NCBI RefSeq assembly: GCF_009914755.1
Contig: NC_060932.1
Length of the DNA: 64,000 bases
Reading direction: 5' to 3' (one strand)
From: the human T2T-CHM13v2.0 reference genome, Homo sapiens
The notes under the pieces were generated by a model. It ran no database searches, was not told the DNA's origin, and saw only the letters and a program-made list of their open reading frames with translations. A program made the translations under genes and the position numbers. Shown here one piece after another: positions 43,183 through 60,594 of this stretch. The first letter of the stretch is position 1. Each line of letters starts with the position of its first letter.

Positions 43183-43764
43183 TTCTTTTTATCAGGAAAG
43201 GAAAAATTTCCCAGCTATCCACCATCAGACTTTTATCCACATCTAGAGTAAAAAAGCTAAGTAGGTCACATGCATACTACAAAACCCAGCCAATTGGCCA
43301 AGGTAAATGGGATTACCGTAACAGGCTTGAACTAGTCCTGACTCCTCCCCCAGGGTTGGGCATATTACTGCCTCATATCTGAATAAAGAAGAGGAAAATG
43401 ACTGTGTGCAGACACCAATAGTTGCTGCTACTGGTGCTTTGGAGACCCCAGTGCAGTTTGGAGGGTCCTAATAAGAAAAGTTGGCCTGAGAGTGGGGTTT
43501 GTCTTTTGGGTCTGGCTGATGGCGGTAATGAATGTCTAAGGAAATGGGCTTCATGATAAGGCTGAGATTCAATTAGAAAAGAATCAATGTGTTTGTATTG
43601 ATTTGAGGTGGGCACTTGTATTTTCTTCTATGCAAGGCTAGGCATTCTTGGGACAAATTAAAAAATAGAAGTGCAGTGAAGTAAAGCAGGACTAAAAATT
43701 ATGTGTCCATTGTCTATTGAATGGACAAATAATAATGCTTCTCACATGTATTATATGTTTTAAT

Positions 43765-44062
43765 AATGATAATACTAAAAATAACCACTTTAATAGTACT
43801 TACAGCATGCCAGGCATTTTTCCAAATGCTGTCTGTGCATTGTCATGTAATCCTCACAATAATATAAGGTAGGTATTATTATTATTCCTATACACAAGGT
43901 GAGAATGCTGAGGCACTTGAGGTTCCCCCTCTCAAGGTGAGAACCTCAAAGTGAGAACTCTCAAGGTGAGAACCTTGAGAGTTGTCCAAGGTCACACATA
44001 GCTTTAGGTGACAGAGCTGAGATCTGAACCCAGATGGTCTGGGCCTGAGATCATACTGAGAA
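43765..44062 (-). mobile_element. MIR with an internal micro-duplication (43931-43983)
   Basis: tacttacagcatgccaggca...taatcctcacaat...ccaaggtcacacatagc...gagatctgaacccag. Confidence 0.8.
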
Positions 44063-44071
44063 CATAAATTT

Positions 44072-44667
<596 letters not shown>

Positions 44668-44739
44668 TCACTATGTATTCTGTTCATCAACAGATGCCAA
44701 AAGAAATCACATGAGGAGCTATGACATTTGTTTATGTTT

Positions 44740-45165
44740 GTATATGTGTCTTGTTGCTGCTGTAACAAATTAACACAAAGTTAGTGGCAATAAACAATAT
44801 AAATGTACTCTTTTCAGTTCTGGAGGTCGAAGTCTAAAATCCACGGGGTTGCATTCCTTCTGGAGGTGCTGGGGAGAATCTGTTTCCCTGCCTTTTTCAG
44901 CATCTAGAGGCACCCACACTAAACGGCCTCTTGGCCCCTTGCCCCCATCTTCAAAGCCAGGAGCGTAGCATCTTCTCTCCCTTCTGACCTCGTGCCTCCC
45001 TTTGATGAGAACCTCTGTGGTGACACTGGCCCAACCAGGTCATCTAGGAAAATCTTCCCATCTCAAGATCTCTAGCCCAATTACACCTGCAAAGTCCTTT
45101 TTACCATGTGAGCTTCCAGAGAACAGTACACTGGCTTCTTTGAGGAGCCATTACTCAGACTAACC
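44740..45165 (-). mobile_element. MaLR LTR (MLT1C/D-like)
   Basis: ttgctgctgtaacaaattaacacaaagttagtggc...cagttctggagg...ggggagaatctgtttccctgcctttttcagc...cacctgcaaagtccttttt. Confidence 0.8.
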
Positions 45166-47873
45166 TAATGTTACAAGGAGAGCTTGCCCTGGAGAGGGTA
45201 GGAAAGGGCCCGACTAACGCAATGAGTCCATCACACAGATAGAAGGGGCAGAGGCCACTGCGTGAAGGCCCAGGCCAGCTTGCCCTGAGCTCTTGCCTGG
45301 CTCCATCCCACACTCTGGCTGGTGGGGTGGGTGGGCACCTCATCTCTGAGGACAGAAGGGGAGGGAGTCCGGTGGGGGCAAAGCAGCTGGTCTTGCAAGA
45401 GTGTCCTGCTGTTGGCTGGGCAGGGCCGGCTCTGAGGAGCCTTTCCAGGGGAGCTTTGTTTTTCCAGAAGAAAACTGACAGAAGGACAGCTGCCCCAAAA
45501 CAACAAGAACTAAGTGAAAGCTCTGCAGAGGTGCAGATGGTAGCTATGTCCCTCCCACGAGGGTCCTCCCATGTTAGCAGGCCACAGGATGCATGGTGCC
45601 ATCCAGCCAGTGGTCCACGTGGGCCCAGCTTGAGTATCTTCCTGATAATGGAGGCCAGGATTTGCAGCTGGGCTGAGATGATCTGGGCAAGGATGCACGG
45701 TCAGCCTCAAGCAGCCTGCACATAGCATGCTGTCCTGCAGTGTGCAGTGGAGTCACTGGGGCATGGGGTGGGAGGTTATATGCTGGGATAGCCCAAGGGC
45801 TCCCACTCCTCTGGAGGAGCTCAGCCTTCTACAAAGTCTTCCTCTGGCTTCTCCTCTTCCCATTGTCCTTAATAATGAACCTGCAATAGGCAACTTTTAC
45901 AGGAGACTCTGGAATTATGAATAAGGCAGTGGGCTGGGGGTGGAGGGAGCACCCAGGAGGAAGGGCTTGGGCTCCCTGCCCTCAGTGGCTCATGTCTGTC
46001 TGGGGAAACAGACATGAAGATGGAAGGACCACCATAGGTAAGACACCTCACGAAAATGTTGACGCTGCTTTCTGGACTCTGGCTTATGCATGGAAAATAT
46101 GCAAGAACAATGAAGTTCGTTGCCTTCTGCAGAGCACTTCCCCGGATCCCGGAGTGAATTTCATACTTCAGGAGCAGTCACAATAAAGTTCTTGCAAAAC
46201 AGCTTCATGTCAAGCCAGCTGAAAGAGGTAGTTCAGCACGACGTGCCTTTTCCTGGAGGCATTACTGAGCTTTTCTTGCCTGCCAGAAAGTTTCCTCTTC
46301 ACTGCCTTGACGAACACAAACTCTGTCAAACACGAGTTCAGGTCTGCATGTCGTCTGCGAACACAGCTGGGGCCAGCGTCAGGCAGCTGCCAGCTACAGA
46401 GGGTTTGTTTTCTTAGCAACCCTCTCCTTTCTTGACAACAGCAGCCTGGAGCCAAGCTCCAGGGTGACAGGTATGGTCAGTGATTTGCCACAGTGGCTTT
46501 TGTCCCATCCCCCCTCAGAAGTGCCATCTGGGCATGTTTTAGCCTGAGCCTGAATCTGGCCAATCCTTACACCCCCGACTTGACTTCCTTCAGACCTGGC
46601 CTGGCTTCAGCTCCTGGAACCCTCCCCATGCTGAGCAGTGGCCTAGGGAATGCAGACTTGTCCTCAGCAGTGAAGTCAGGGGACAGAAGGATTCTAGAAA
46701 AACACAGGCAGAAAGCAAGTGCTGAGAAGGGCTAGTAAAGGCTGAGTTGGGAGCCCTTCATTCCTTATGCCAAGTGGTTCAAGGCTCCTTCTGACTCAGT
46801 TTCCTTCCCTGAAGGCCAAAGCTGTGAGGGTGCATACCCAGCTTACCTCCTGAGGCAAAGTTTACCCCCCTGGCTGTGAGGGCAGCAGGGACCTAAAGAT
46901 GACTGAAGCCAACCCTGTCATCTATCAGATGCGGAAACTGAGGCCCAGAGAAGTAAATGACATGCTCAAAATCAGAGGGTGAGTGGGCGGCAGGACTAAG
47001 ATTATTACTCAGGACCCATGTGAGAAAACCAGTAGAACTGGCCTCCAATTCCCACCCCCAACACCACCCTGACATATACACATCGGTTGCCCACAAGAGC
47101 ATTCAGACCCTTGTAGGGTACCCCGCCCTCCCTGGACATCATGGAAACAGCAAAGCAGAACATGAGTCCCTTCCTCACACTGGCCAACAGGGTTTGGAAA
47201 GATTGACTTTTGACACTCTAGGCCCAAGGCCTAACGAGCCTAGAAATCATGAGCTCTCTATTCTAGGTATCCCAGCATCCCAAGGAGCAGCCGAGCTGCC
47301 TGCGAAGGAATTTCTGCTGAGTTCTCTGGGGCTCCTACTCTCCCAGGCTGGCTCCTAGGTGAGCCTGCTGGCCTCCACTCCACACATGGGACGCTCAGAT
47401 CCCATCCTCCTCCTTCAAATCAGATCCACACCTGGAACTGGCCTGGAGCTCCCAGGCCACCATTTCCATTGCAGTGTCTTGTCCAGCCCTCCTGCTGGGA
47501 CTGCCGTGTCAGCCACAGCATTGGTTCCTCATTTTTGCTCACTCCCCTTGCCTCTGCCTCCCTTCCCTGCAAGCATGCCCAACCCCCGAAAAATCCCCCA
47601 ACCCCCACCAGGAAGGCAGAAGTGGCAGCAGAGATGAGGATGGGAGCAGAAGGAAGTCCTCCTGTGGGGAGTTGTTGATGAGCCACTGCCCTGCCTGTAT
47701 CAGTGCTGCTGTCCATTCCTGTTTCTTCCATGTGATGTGCACATAGTAGGTTCCCCAACAAATCCCAGTGAATTGAATTTCCTGTCATTTTCTCTCTTAC
47801 CAGAAGTTCTTTTGTTCCTCTAACTCAGTTGCCTGACTGGTGGTGAGCACAGACATTTAATAGAGGTCAAGTA

Positions 47874-48174
<301 letters not shown>

Positions 48175-48974
48175 ATAGAGGCCAAGTAACAAGATAAGCT
48201 AGGGTTAGAAAGGAACTAGAACAAACATCCTGAGAGATTGTATTTTCTTCTCACTCCTCCATAAACCAGCCTCACATCTGGTTTCCTGTAGGTACAGAGA
48301 CCGAGGCAGGGCCAGGTGCTGCCCAGGAAGGAGCGGGTCTGGTTTCCAAATCAGAGGGCCGGAGCGTGAGAACAGCCTAAGTGGGCCGAAGGGCAGGGAG
48401 AGAGCTGTACGGCTGTACCCTTTCTGCATGGAAACAGGACAGCCCAGCAGTGGGTGGTAGATGCCAGGGCCTGGCATGGGGAAAGCGCTTCTGATTGGCA
48501 CTTCCTGGCATACCTGAGTGGCTTGGTAATTTCCCGTTCCTGGGACATGTGGGTGCTTAGGAACATTTTAACCCAGAGGCAACCAAGGAAGGTTTTGTCT
48601 TGATCTTGCAGTTGAAGTAACAGAAAATCCAACTCAAGTAAAAGTAACAATAGGAAATATCATACAGCATTTACTGTATGTCAGGCCCCATCCCAACCCT
48701 CTCTACATTAATTACTCACTCCTGTCAACAATCGTATGAGGAAGGAATCCTATTATCATCCCTATTTTACAGACATAGTCACTGAGTAACCTGCCCAACG
48801 TCATGGAGCTTGGCAAGCCAGGATTAAAACCCTGCAACTTCGCTCCTGCTAACTCTTCCCCCCTCCAGCCTTTTGAGATCAAACAGGCAAAACATCAGGT
48901 GTGCTGGGCTTGTGTAACCACGTCATAGAAAGGAGATGCAGGTGGGTCTTGGAAGACAGGGATCAGGAATTTTC

Positions 48975-49279
48975 TCTTTTTGTTTTTCACTTTTTATTTT
49001 TGAGACAGGGTCTTGCTCTGTGGCCCAGGCCAGAGTGCAGTGGGGTGATCACAGCTTACTGCAGTCCCAACCTCCCAGGCTCAAGTGATTCTCCCGCCTC
49101 AGCCTTCTGAGTAGCCGAAACTACAGTTGCACATCACCACACCTGGCTAATTTTTATTTTATAGATTGGGGGTCTTGCTATGTTGCCCAGGCTGGTTTTG
49201 AACCCGTGGGCTCAAGCAATCCTCCTGCCTTGGCCTGCCAAAGTGCTAGGATTACAGATGTGAGCCACCTTGTCTGGCC
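48975..49279 (-). mobile_element. AluJ
   Basis: Reverse Alu with gagacagggtcttgctctg and ggctcaagcaatcctcctgcc. Confidence 0.9.
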
Positions 49280-49841
49280 TCTTTCTCTTTTTAATTTTTC
49301 TGTTTTCTGAACTCTAATCCCATGGCAAATCCCTGGTCTCAGGAATCAGTGTGCCCCTGGCCTCCCCTTTTGGATCTTTAGTTCCTGTTTTCCTGTAGGC
49401 TGGATTTATTCTCATCTACTGCAGACTAATTTCCTCCAAAATCCACTGCAAAGCTACCGTCAGCTCTCACAGAGAAACAAACTGCCCTCCTCCCTGTGCT
49501 TCCAAGTTTGAAATTTCCAGAAGAGGGCTCTGACCAGCCTGTTGGGTCAGTGCTGTCTCCTGGCCAGTCTACAGTGGGCAAGGGGGAGAGATCCACAAGA
49601 AGACAGTAATTATCATTCAAAGTCTTGGTGGGAGGTACTAGCTCCAAAAAGTGGGTGGACGGTCCTTTCCGGACAGGTAGTGCCCAACATCCACGGCACA
49701 ATTGCTGCGAGTGGGAAGAGTTTCCAGATCCAGGCCTCCAAACACACAGTGGGCCAGGAGCCTCTGGGGGCTCACCAGGCAGCAGGTGGGGGCAAAAAGG
49801 AAATAAGAAGACTAAGAGGGTTACTCAGAAAGGAAATGAGA

Positions 49842-50445
<604 letters not shown>

Positions 50446-50632
50446 AAGGAAGAAGAAAGAAAGAGAGAAAGAGGTAGGGGGGAGGTTGGTAAGGAAGGGA
50501 AGGGGAGGGGAGGGGATTGGAGGGGAGGGAGAAATGAGAGTGAGCAGGGAAGGGCAGGAAATCGAGAGTGGACCCCAGCTCAATATGGGTCCCTGCAACA
50601 GACTGGGGAGGAGACGTGACTGTGAAGAATAA

Positions 50633-51618
<986 letters not shown>

Positions 51619-52101
51619 GGCTCTCCCATGGATTGCAGTCCCATCGTGGCTAGGGCTGGGTCAACTGGAAGACCTCCACACTCACAGGTCTGCTGTCTGG
51701 GCTGGGGGCTGCCCAGCAGGGGCTCCACAGGCATCTCTCTGCATTGCTCTAGGGCCCTTCCATGTGGTCTCCCCAGCAATAGTGGCTTCAGGGTACCCAG
51801 ACTGCTTCCATGTTGACTTAGGGGCCTGAAGGCACATATTCCAAGAGACAAGCAGGAGCTATGTTACCTTTTATGAGCTAGTCTTGGAAGTCACACAGCA
51901 TCATCTCCACAGCACTAGACCAACAGAGGCAATTTCAAAGGTTCACCCAGGTTCAAGGCCATGGAGCATGCCCCACCTCTCCAAGGAGGGACGTCACTAT
52001 CACACTGCAAGAAGAACGTACGGCATGGGATGTGGCCGGTGCAGCCATCTTTGGCAGTCTGACACTGTAGCTTCATCCCAAGCTACGCCTCTTTTTTGTT
52101 A

Positions 52102-52465
<364 letters not shown>

Positions 52466-52544
52466 CTACCCAAAGGAAACCTCTCTTACCAGTTGGTATT
52501 CAGATTCCTTTTCTAAGCACTTACAAATACGTACTTAAGTATGA

Positions 52545-53010
52545 ATGTGCTGACAATTTTCCAGGGGCCCTCCAGGGCTACTCTGCACACTTCCCCACTC
52601 TGCCCTGTGCCCCGGGAGGCTGACCTGCTGCAATGGGCTCCCTCACCTTTGGGCTTCCAGGTGGGTTTGACAACTGGGGGGCACCAGGTGGAGATGGGAG
52701 AAAGGGAGGAGAGAGGGAGGTGAGAGTACTGATTTCCCCATCTCCCTCCCTGGCTGTCTCAGTGAGGTGACTGTGTCCACTACAGTCTCAACTCCTGTGC
52801 ATGGATCCTCTGCATCCTTATCTCTGCCTTTGGATTACACTGTGAGCTTCACAGCAGTTATATTTTATGTTGATGACACAGCAAGTGATAATAGAGTCCC
52901 CAGTGCTATGTGCCCCAGGGGATCGCAGTGTGCCTGGTGGTTTCCATATATCCTGCCCACAACTCTATAAATATTCCTCTTATTAAACTCTCTGCACATT
53001 ACCCAATGTC
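52545..53010 (+). mobile_element. ERVL LTR (LTR33-like)
   Basis: ctgtgccccgggaggctgacctg...gggctccctcacctttgggcttccaggtgggtttg...ctgcccacaactctataaata...tattaaactctct. Confidence 0.7.
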
Positions 53011-53346
53011 CAATATAAGTGTGCTCTTAATTGATGAAATGTAACATACCCCCACAGTTTTAAATGGTATGATGCTATGCTATTACATAGCAACTAACTT
53101 TTTTCACTTTCTGTATCGCCTGTATCTTTCCATGTCAGCACAAATAATCACCCCTATTAATACTTGCATGTGCCATCTAGAATGCATATTTCCTAACTGG
53201 TGTGACCTTCCCCACTGACAGACATTTAGGTTGTTGTCAACTTTTTTCCCTTTCACAAGCACTGACACAATGAACATACTTGCATATGTCTGTCTGTCTA
53301 AGCTGTGTTTCCTTGGGTTAAACATGCCTGATATAACTTGAAGGTT

Positions 53347-54132
<786 letters not shown>

Positions 54133-55458
54133 GCCTATATTCTCTACTAAGTTTAATATTTTATTACAGGTATTATGACTACTATAAGTTTTACAGCTGT
54201 TATATCTTACATTGATTATGGTTCTTAACAACTAAAAATATTTGCTCAGAGTAATCTAGGAAGAAGGCTTTACTTAAATGGACCCTTTAGACGTAGAAAT
54301 GTACACAGAAACATAGGTTATTAATTTGTTCCTTGTTGCTTCCTATTGGAAAAATCAACCAAAGTTCTTTCCGTAGAGTAACATGTGAGTATTTGGGGGC
54401 TGGTGGGTGAATGGGATGGATTGCTTTGATGATTATTCCCATGAAGATGAACTCCAGATTTCTATTTTTCTCCATCTGGAGAAAAACACACATTTTTGCC
54501 AACATGCATATTTGCACCTCACCACTACATGAGCAGGCAGAGGACACATTGGGGAAGGAGCCCATCCTGAGTCCTTGAACTATGGGAACCTGTAAATATT
54601 GGGTGGGAATACTAATCCCACGGAGCATTCCGGGCTATCAGGTGAACCAGGTGAAGTGCCCTGGCAGCTTCAGAATAAACATCTACAAAGGCCAGGGTGT
54701 TCACAGCTGTTGAAGAGGAGCCTGTGGATTTTTGGAACTGACACCCCTGCCAGAGAACTACTAGTTTTAACTGCAGTTGTGACAATTAAGCAAGAGACCT
54801 ACAAACATATTGCTTAACACTTGTCTGTCAACACCCGGGCTGTCCACAGACCTGTGGCTGCCTTCTCATGGAACCTGACATCTCTATTTGGACAGTCTCC
54901 CCTGCAAAGTGTTTCCATCCAGAGAAAGTTCACCAGGGAAGCAAAAGGCATTAGGGTTTGCAGTCCCACTGCCCACTAGGGCAAAAGCCACTAGGACGGG
55001 CATCTAACCACGTGGGGCTTTGGAGAGTCGAAGCCAGCCTGGGGTGGGGGTGGGGTGCTCCTCCTGCAGGTCCCCTCTCCGCCCCCCCCTTTCTGGCACA
55101 AAGAGATATGTTCTCTGCATGGCTGTTTGCCCTGAGAAGCTGGAACCAGGCCATGGGATGCTCAGGCTGACACAGGGAACATGATCCTGCCCGCTCAGCC
55201 CTCCACTGGCGGGAAGCTGTTGTCCTTACAACTCCAGTTTGGTGATTCTCAAACTTCAGTGTGCATCAGACCACCTGGGGGGCAGGGGAGGAAGCTTGTT
55301 AAGAAGGCAGATTCCCAGACACACCCCCATAAATTCTTACCCGATGGATGAGACTCTGCAACTGAGAAATATCATCCCCGTCAGAATCACAAGTTAAACT
55401 GTCCCCCAAGCAATGTTTAAAAAATGTCTGTGCCATCATTGAAAACTTGGGAGATTTA

Positions 55459-55765
<307 letters not shown>

Positions 55766-55769
55766 TTAA

Positions 55770-56095
<326 letters not shown>

Positions 56096-56529
56096 TTATT
56101 TTCATCCAGAGCACAGGCAAGACCAAGTCTACTTTACCAGTCAGTAGTAAGAAGCCGGTACTATGGAGCATCTGCCCTTGAGGCAAGGCTGGCGCCCTCC
56201 AATCCAACCATGCACACATGCTGCGTGCACACTCATCACTCTGGCCGTGTCCTGTACATCGACTTTGAGTTTGTAAACTCTGCTCCATTCTTCCAGGATG
56301 AAGAGAAATAGCAGAGCCTAAAGCATACGCCTTTCGGCTTTCCCAGCTGCAGCGAGTTGTATTCATGTCCCTGCTGCCTGGCCTCTTAACTCCACTCTAC
56401 TAGAGCATTTCTCACTAGAATAGAACTTCCAGAAGGGAAGGGCTTTGTCTATTTTGTTCTCTGCCATCTTCCTAGTGACTACCGTGGTGCCTGGAACACA
56501 GTAAAGGTCAAAAGTATGTATCAAACAAC

Positions 56530-57422
56530 TACAATGATAACACTTCACATTACTAGGATGGCTATCATCAAAAAGACACCAAGTAGCCAGGTGTGGTGCT
56601 GCAGGCCTGCAGTCCCAGCTACTTGGGAGGCTGAGGCAGGAGGATTGCTTGAACCCAGGAGTTCAAGACTTCAGTATGCCATAATCTCACCTGTGAATAG
56701 TCACTGCACTCCAGCCTGGGCGACATAACAAAAAAAAGAAAGAAAAGAAAAAATAACAAGTGTTGGCGAGGATGTAGAAAAATTAGAGCCCTCATTGCTG
56801 GTGGGAATGTAAAATGATGCAGCCACTTTGGAAAACAGTGTGGCGGTTCCTCATATGTTAAATGTATAGTTCACACAAAAGCCATCAATGCCACCCCTAA
56901 ATATAGACCCAAGAGAAAGGAAAACAAGTGTTCAAACAAAAACTTGCACATGAAAGCTCATAGCGGCATTATTCATAACAGCCAAAAGGTGGAAACAACC
57001 CAAAATGTCCATCAAACAGTGAATGGACAAACAAAATCTGGTACTTCCATACAATGAAGTATTATTTAGTCATGAAAAGGAATGAAGTACTGATACATGC
57101 TATGACAAGAATTATGCTGTAAAAGAAGCCAGATGCAGAAGGCCACATGTTGTATGATTCCACTTATATAAAATATCCAGGACAGGCAAGTCCATAGGGA
57201 CAAAAAGTAAAGTAGTGGTTGCCAGGCCCTGGGAGGAGAGGGGAATGGGGAGTGACTACTTCACAGATACAGGGTTTCCTCTGGGGAGGAAGATATTCTG
57301 GAACTAGACAGTGGTGATGGCTGCACGACATTGTAAATGTACTAAATGCCACTGAATTGCACACTTTAAAATGGTTAAGACGGTGAATTTTATGTTATGT
57401 GTAATTTACCACAACAAAAAAA
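56530..57422 (+). mobile_element. L1MB-like 3' end, interrupted by an Alu monomer
   Basis: actaggatggctatcatcaaaaagac, aataacaagtgttggcgaggatgtag, gctggtgggaatgtaaaatg, aatgtactaaatgccactgaattgcacactttaaaatggttaa, ends taccacaacaaaaaaa. Confidence 0.9.
56584..56750 (+). mobile_element. Alu right-arm monomer (FRAM/FAM-like)
   Basis: agccaggtgtggtg...cctgtgaatagtcactgcactccagcctggg plus A-rich tail. Confidence 0.8.
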
Positions 57423-58184
57423 GTTTCGGATGAATGAATGAATGAGTGAATAAATGAGTCTTCCACCGCCATGCCCTAAAGGCCAGGTGTTGACAAGGAA
57501 AGTCTAAGTTGTCTCCAGAGTCCGGTCCCCACCCCACCTTCATCCTTGCGGTACACCATCTGTCCTGGGAGGGCAGGCGGGGCCCAGCTCCAAGCTGAAA
57601 ATGGGGCAGAACAAAGCTCCTTGGCTCTCCATCTGCTTCCAAATCTGGAAGATGGAGTGGGCAGTCACGCCCACCACTCAAGACTGCTGGGAAGACAAGC
57701 AAAAGTTCTCTGCACACCGTAGACCCGCAGTGAGTACTGCTTCCCTTCCAGTCCTCCACAGGGGAGCTATCGCGGGAGGGATTCCTCAACCCACACAGCA
57801 CCTGGCTCGGGGTGGGCTGGCTGCATGTTGTGGGATCCTGTTGGGGCCTGGACATTTGCTGTGCAGGCGAAGTGCTGAGAACACCACCCCTCAAAGTTCC
57901 ACCTGGCAGGTGTCCATCCCTATTAGTAGAGCCCACGGTTCCCAACATTGTACTGCACACAGCATGGCACTCCATTACTACCTAATTTCTTGAGGATCAA
58001 TGAAAACACACCTGCTTTCAAGCAGTGGAAACTTCATCCCCGAAAGACAGTCCCTGCCACAGGCTGTGGCACTCTTGAGTGATGGGCTGCAGTGGTGGGG
58101 TGTAGTGGACAGCAGAGTCACTGGAACCTGGTGATACAGAAAATGGCAGAAGCCACTGGATCTGGAGTCCTGGCTCTGTCCTTA

Positions 58185-58524
<340 letters not shown>

Positions 58525-58944
58525 GATGAATGCACCTAAAATGGTGTTATTGTGCACCCCTATACATTTTACCACTGTCATGCACCTAATGTGAGTGATC
58601 ACTACATGTCAGCATGAGCATCATCTAACATCCTGCTCTCTTTGCATCAGAGCTGACTATAAATAAAAATTCCACTCTGTCCACATTCACAACCCATCAG
58701 GGAATCTTGATCTCAATGGATGGAAACCAGATTACATTGTAGTGATTCCACCATGACGGCGGCATCTGCTCCCTAACAGCCACTGTGGTGGGCATTTTCT
58801 CAAGGTCGTCTCTTTTGGTTCATTCTTCCAGGAGCCTTATAAGGTGTATTATTTTCTCCTCTTTATATATGAGGCTGAGAGGTTAAGTCACTTGCACAAG
58901 ATCACATACCCAGAAAGTGAAGGCACTTCAAAGACTGCACCCTT

Positions 58945-59385
58945 CCCATTCATTTATTCATTTATCCTACAAGATTCATTAGGGGCTGACCACTGTGCTG
59001 GGCCCTGGGGGAGCAGATGACCAGACCTGGCCCTGGGCCTCACTGAATGTACCAGCTAGAAGAGAACAAGTAGACAGATGATTTCAATGATGAGGGGATG
59101 CGAGTGACCCAGTGAGGAAGAGGGGAGGGCTCTCCAGGAACATCAAGCGCTTGTGTAGGCAGGGGTAGGAGACAGCCTCAGGGAGGGTGGGAGGATGGAA
59201 AACTGCAGAGAGTTTTGATTACCTGGAGAGCAAGGGAGAAGAGTGGGTACCCACAGTGGTGGTCAGGCCAGATAACAAAAAAGCACTCAAATCATGATGA
59301 AGAGCTCAGAAGCCATCCCCTGGGCAGCCGGGAGTCACTGATGAATTTTAAGCGGGGGAGTGATACGATCAGATTTTCTGTTTCC
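58945..59385 (-). mobile_element. L2 3' fragments
   Basis: cattcatttattcattt...ctgtgctgggccctgggg; gggagtcactgatgaattttaagcgggggagtgatacgatcagattt. Confidence 0.6.
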
Positions 59386-59504
59386 ATGTCCTTTGAGCCT
59401 GCAAATGTTCCATAAGACCCACAAAGCAGCTGTAATGCAATCCCCCTACACACCTTCCTGGCCTGTTCATTTTTCACCCACATACATTTAAGAGTCTTGC
59501 TCAT

Positions 59505-59910
59505 AGGTCAGGAAACAGGCTCTGAGGCAGACTTACATGGGGCTTACTAGGGAGATAGCTAGAGCTACGCCTGCAGGGAAGTCAATGAAGCAGGATTGGG
59601 TAGGGCAGAGGCTGAACTGAGATGCATTTGCAACAGAGACCTCAACTGGTCCTGTGGAGAGCTCAGAAGCCCGGATGTCCCAAAATAATGCAAGGGGCCA
59701 GGTCTGTGTACCCCCTCATCAACAATTATTGTATGCAGGTGGCACGGGGCCCATGGCCTTGGACCAGGCAGCTCCCTTCGGCTGAGGGCAGCGTCTGGGG
59801 AGGGACTCAGCTATGAGCAGTTAGCAGGCCACACTTCCTGCTACTGGGGATGGAGGTCCTGGGTCGTGCAGAGGGTCTGGGTGGGACACTAGCGTCCATT
59901 GCAGCCTGCT
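59505..59910 (-). mobile_element. ERVL LTR (LTR16-like)
   Basis: gaaacaggctctgaggcaga...gaagcaggattggg...gagatgcatttgcaacagagacctca...cagctcccttcggctgagggc. Confidence 0.6.
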
Positions 59911-60242
59911 TGGCTCAGAGATCTGTGCCAACAAGTCTTGATGTGTGCTGTTTCCTGGCTCTTGCCCCCATCTGCTTCTGCAGGAGCCAGTCCTCTGCAG
60001 AGTTCCCCTTGAATATGTCAGGACAGCAGCCAAGACACAATTCCTATCTTTTTCCCCCTCTCCTCTTCTGCCAGGGACCAGCTCATGTACTTCCGCAGTA
60101 CCTGTCAAACTCTTCCCCCACCACTCTACCTGGCTGCCTATACATGAACAGACAGAGCTATGCAGTCTTCTGTGGCAAAGCGGGGTACAGAGTATTCCCC
60201 TTTGTGGCACACTCCCCTAAAGGAACCCTAAAGAACTTTTGT

Positions 60243-60340
60243 GCCCAGCTACTCAGGAGGCTGAGGTGGGAGGATCCCCTGAGGCCAATTCGAGACCAGC
60301 CTGTGCAACATAGCAAGACCCTATCTGAAAAACAAAAAAA
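60243..60340 (+). mobile_element. Short Alu monomer fragment (FLAM_A-like)
   Basis: cccagctactcaggaggctgaggtgggaggatc...gagaccagcctgtgcaacatagcaagacccta plus A tail. Confidence 0.75.
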
Positions 60341-60414
60341 CTCCTAGGCTTCAGTTTACAGGGTTAGCTCCTTGACTTACTCCCTGCTGGGCTGGGGAGT
60401 TAAAATACCTAAAG

Positions 60415-60594
60415 CTGTGTTTCTCAATCCTGGCTGCCCAGTAAAATCCCCTGGGAAACATTTTATAAATATCAACGCCTGGGTCCCACCCCCAGCCCAA
60501 TGGCATCAGAAACTTTGAGGGTGGGGCCCAGGCACTGTGTTTTTTAAAATTCCCCTGGTGATTCTAAATATGCAGCCAGGGTTGAGAACCAGTG
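60415..60594. mobile_element. MER5A1-like hAT MITE
   Basis: tttctcaatcctggctgc...cctgggtcccacccc...gggtggggcccaggca...gtgattctaaatatgcagccagggttgagaacca. Confidence 0.8.

Noticed and set aside
54465-54486. TTTTTCTCCA-tc-TGGAGAAAAA inverted repeat and the overlapping 113-aa minus ORF
   Set aside because: Short A/T-run-rich arms with a 2-nt loop are plausible by chance, and the peptide is unrecognisable
57406-57993. 189-aa (-) and 130-aa (+) ORFs
   Set aside because: No recognisable homology or flanking splice/promoter support; composition fits chance frames
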